Origin: Neoechinorhynchus agilis
Taxonomy: Eukaryota > Animalia > Acanthocephala
Reading direction: 5' to 3'
Assembly: GCA_051530055.1 (NCBI GenBank)
Contig: CM121342.1
Location: 2,576,797 to 2,640,796 of the forward strand
Length of the DNA: 64,000 bases
In this document: piece by piece, positions 63,068 through 64,000 of the stretch
How the letters are laid out: each line of letters begins with the position of its first letter
Position numbering within the stretch: position 1 is the first letter of the stretch
Program-made: the position numbers and the translations under genes
The notes under the pieces: generated by a model
Seen by the model: the letters and a program-made list of their open reading frames with translations, nothing else
Told to the model about the DNA's origin: nothing
Database searches by the model: none

Positions 63068-64000
63068 GCCTAAGACACACCGGCCGATGTACTGTTTGGA
63101 GAGTCCTGTCCTTCTTTTTATATATCGTGAGCCTCCTATCCTTATCAGTCTATTTGAACCGAGCTTCCATTTTTGAGTAGGAATATTCTAAGTAGTTTGA
63201 CGGATGAGGAATGGTGTAAAGTCCTCATGCTGGAGATCGATAACATGGCCGAGATTGAAACCAAGAAAATAAAAGTCAGACATACTAAAAAGCTTCTTAA
63301 ACCCACTGATGGCCATATTTTACATTCCGTCAGATAATAAGAAATATTTGATCAATCACTACCTGAAGAAGTGTTGGAACTATTGCCATTTAGTCCTGAG
63401 TTTATTCTGACCACAAGAGTTAGAGCCTGCAGTTCAGGGTACTCAGATTCGTGCGCGGAGGGGACGATGGAGGCCATAATGATACAAAAACCGATACGTT
63501 TGTGGGCAACAAAGCGGGTTACACACTCAATCTACGGATACCAACGGATAGACGAAATTGAGTGCTTCTCGAGTGCATGTTAGATAGACTGAAGAAAGCC
63601 TACGCGAAGGCCGAAAATTATCAAATGAATTATCATAATTCGCTATAAAAAGTAAATGATGAGCTGAGACTTATGACGTAAGCAAAGTTTATTTGTTGAA
63701 TGGCTATGATTAGTACAAAGCTATGAAGGTCATGTTGGTTACATCATGAAAAGCTCTCTGAACTAGCAGAGAAGCTTGGGGGAGTAATTATGACTTAAGC
63801 GCAATCGGGCAAAATGAGTTTTATCGACACGTTTTTTCGAAAACTGATCCAAAATGTCGAGTCTTGTGACGTAAGCAACATCCACATTAAGTTGATAAAA
63901 TAACTTATATGGAGGGACTCAAAGTTTCGGGGGTCGCTCACGGTCAAAGAACCATAATGATCGTCCCATTATTGTTTTCAGTGAGCGATATAAAATTGGT

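Larger units (their letters stand above)
55882..64000. repeat. Direct segmental duplication, copy 2 (runs off the window)
   Basis: Matches 42880-50973 up to the last base of the window. Confidence 0.96.

Overview
Eukaryotic, AT-rich genomic DNA, probably from a compact-intron invertebrate animal; the taxon cannot be assigned from sequence alone. It shows spliceosomal introns of about 44-50 nt, an SLC4 transporter, a membrane-bound trehalase, tRNA-derived SINEs and several LINE clades. No prokaryotic system or CRISPR array is present. Layout: (1) 1-12469 is a 454-bp satellite array (~27 monomers) that flips orientation at ~3125. (2) 12470-14427 is a doubly truncated APE-RT LINE fused to an 82-bp higher-order minisatellite. 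(3) 14428-19440 is an inverted copy of a two-gene block: a Ser/Thr-rich membrane-protein-like gene and an unknown 573-aa R/N/Q/D-rich protein with a 214-aa internal duplication. The block recurs at ~42.8-47.7 kb and ~55.8-60.7 kb. (4) 19.7-31.3 kb is transposon debris (hAT, LINE ORF1 pieces, an RTE-like APE-RT joined to a CRE-type RLE tail) plus a seryl-tRNA synthetase pseudogene. (5) 32.3-38.2 kb is an intron-rich SLC4 gene, followed by a SARNP/Tho1-like exon. (6) 42.9-51.0 kb and 55.9-64.0 kb are near-identical direct copies about 13.0 kb apart; each carries the two-gene block and a decayed 3' fragment of 28S rRNA, and a trehalase gene lies between them. The best leads are the amplified unknown 573/575-aa gene family, a 402-bp TIR element inside the conserved trehalase WDFS.RW motif (possible introner-like splicing), a dispersed family of minimal Penelope-type hammerhead ribozyme motifs, the APE-RT/RLE chimera and the satellite architecture. 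All calls were made by eye; no database searches were run.
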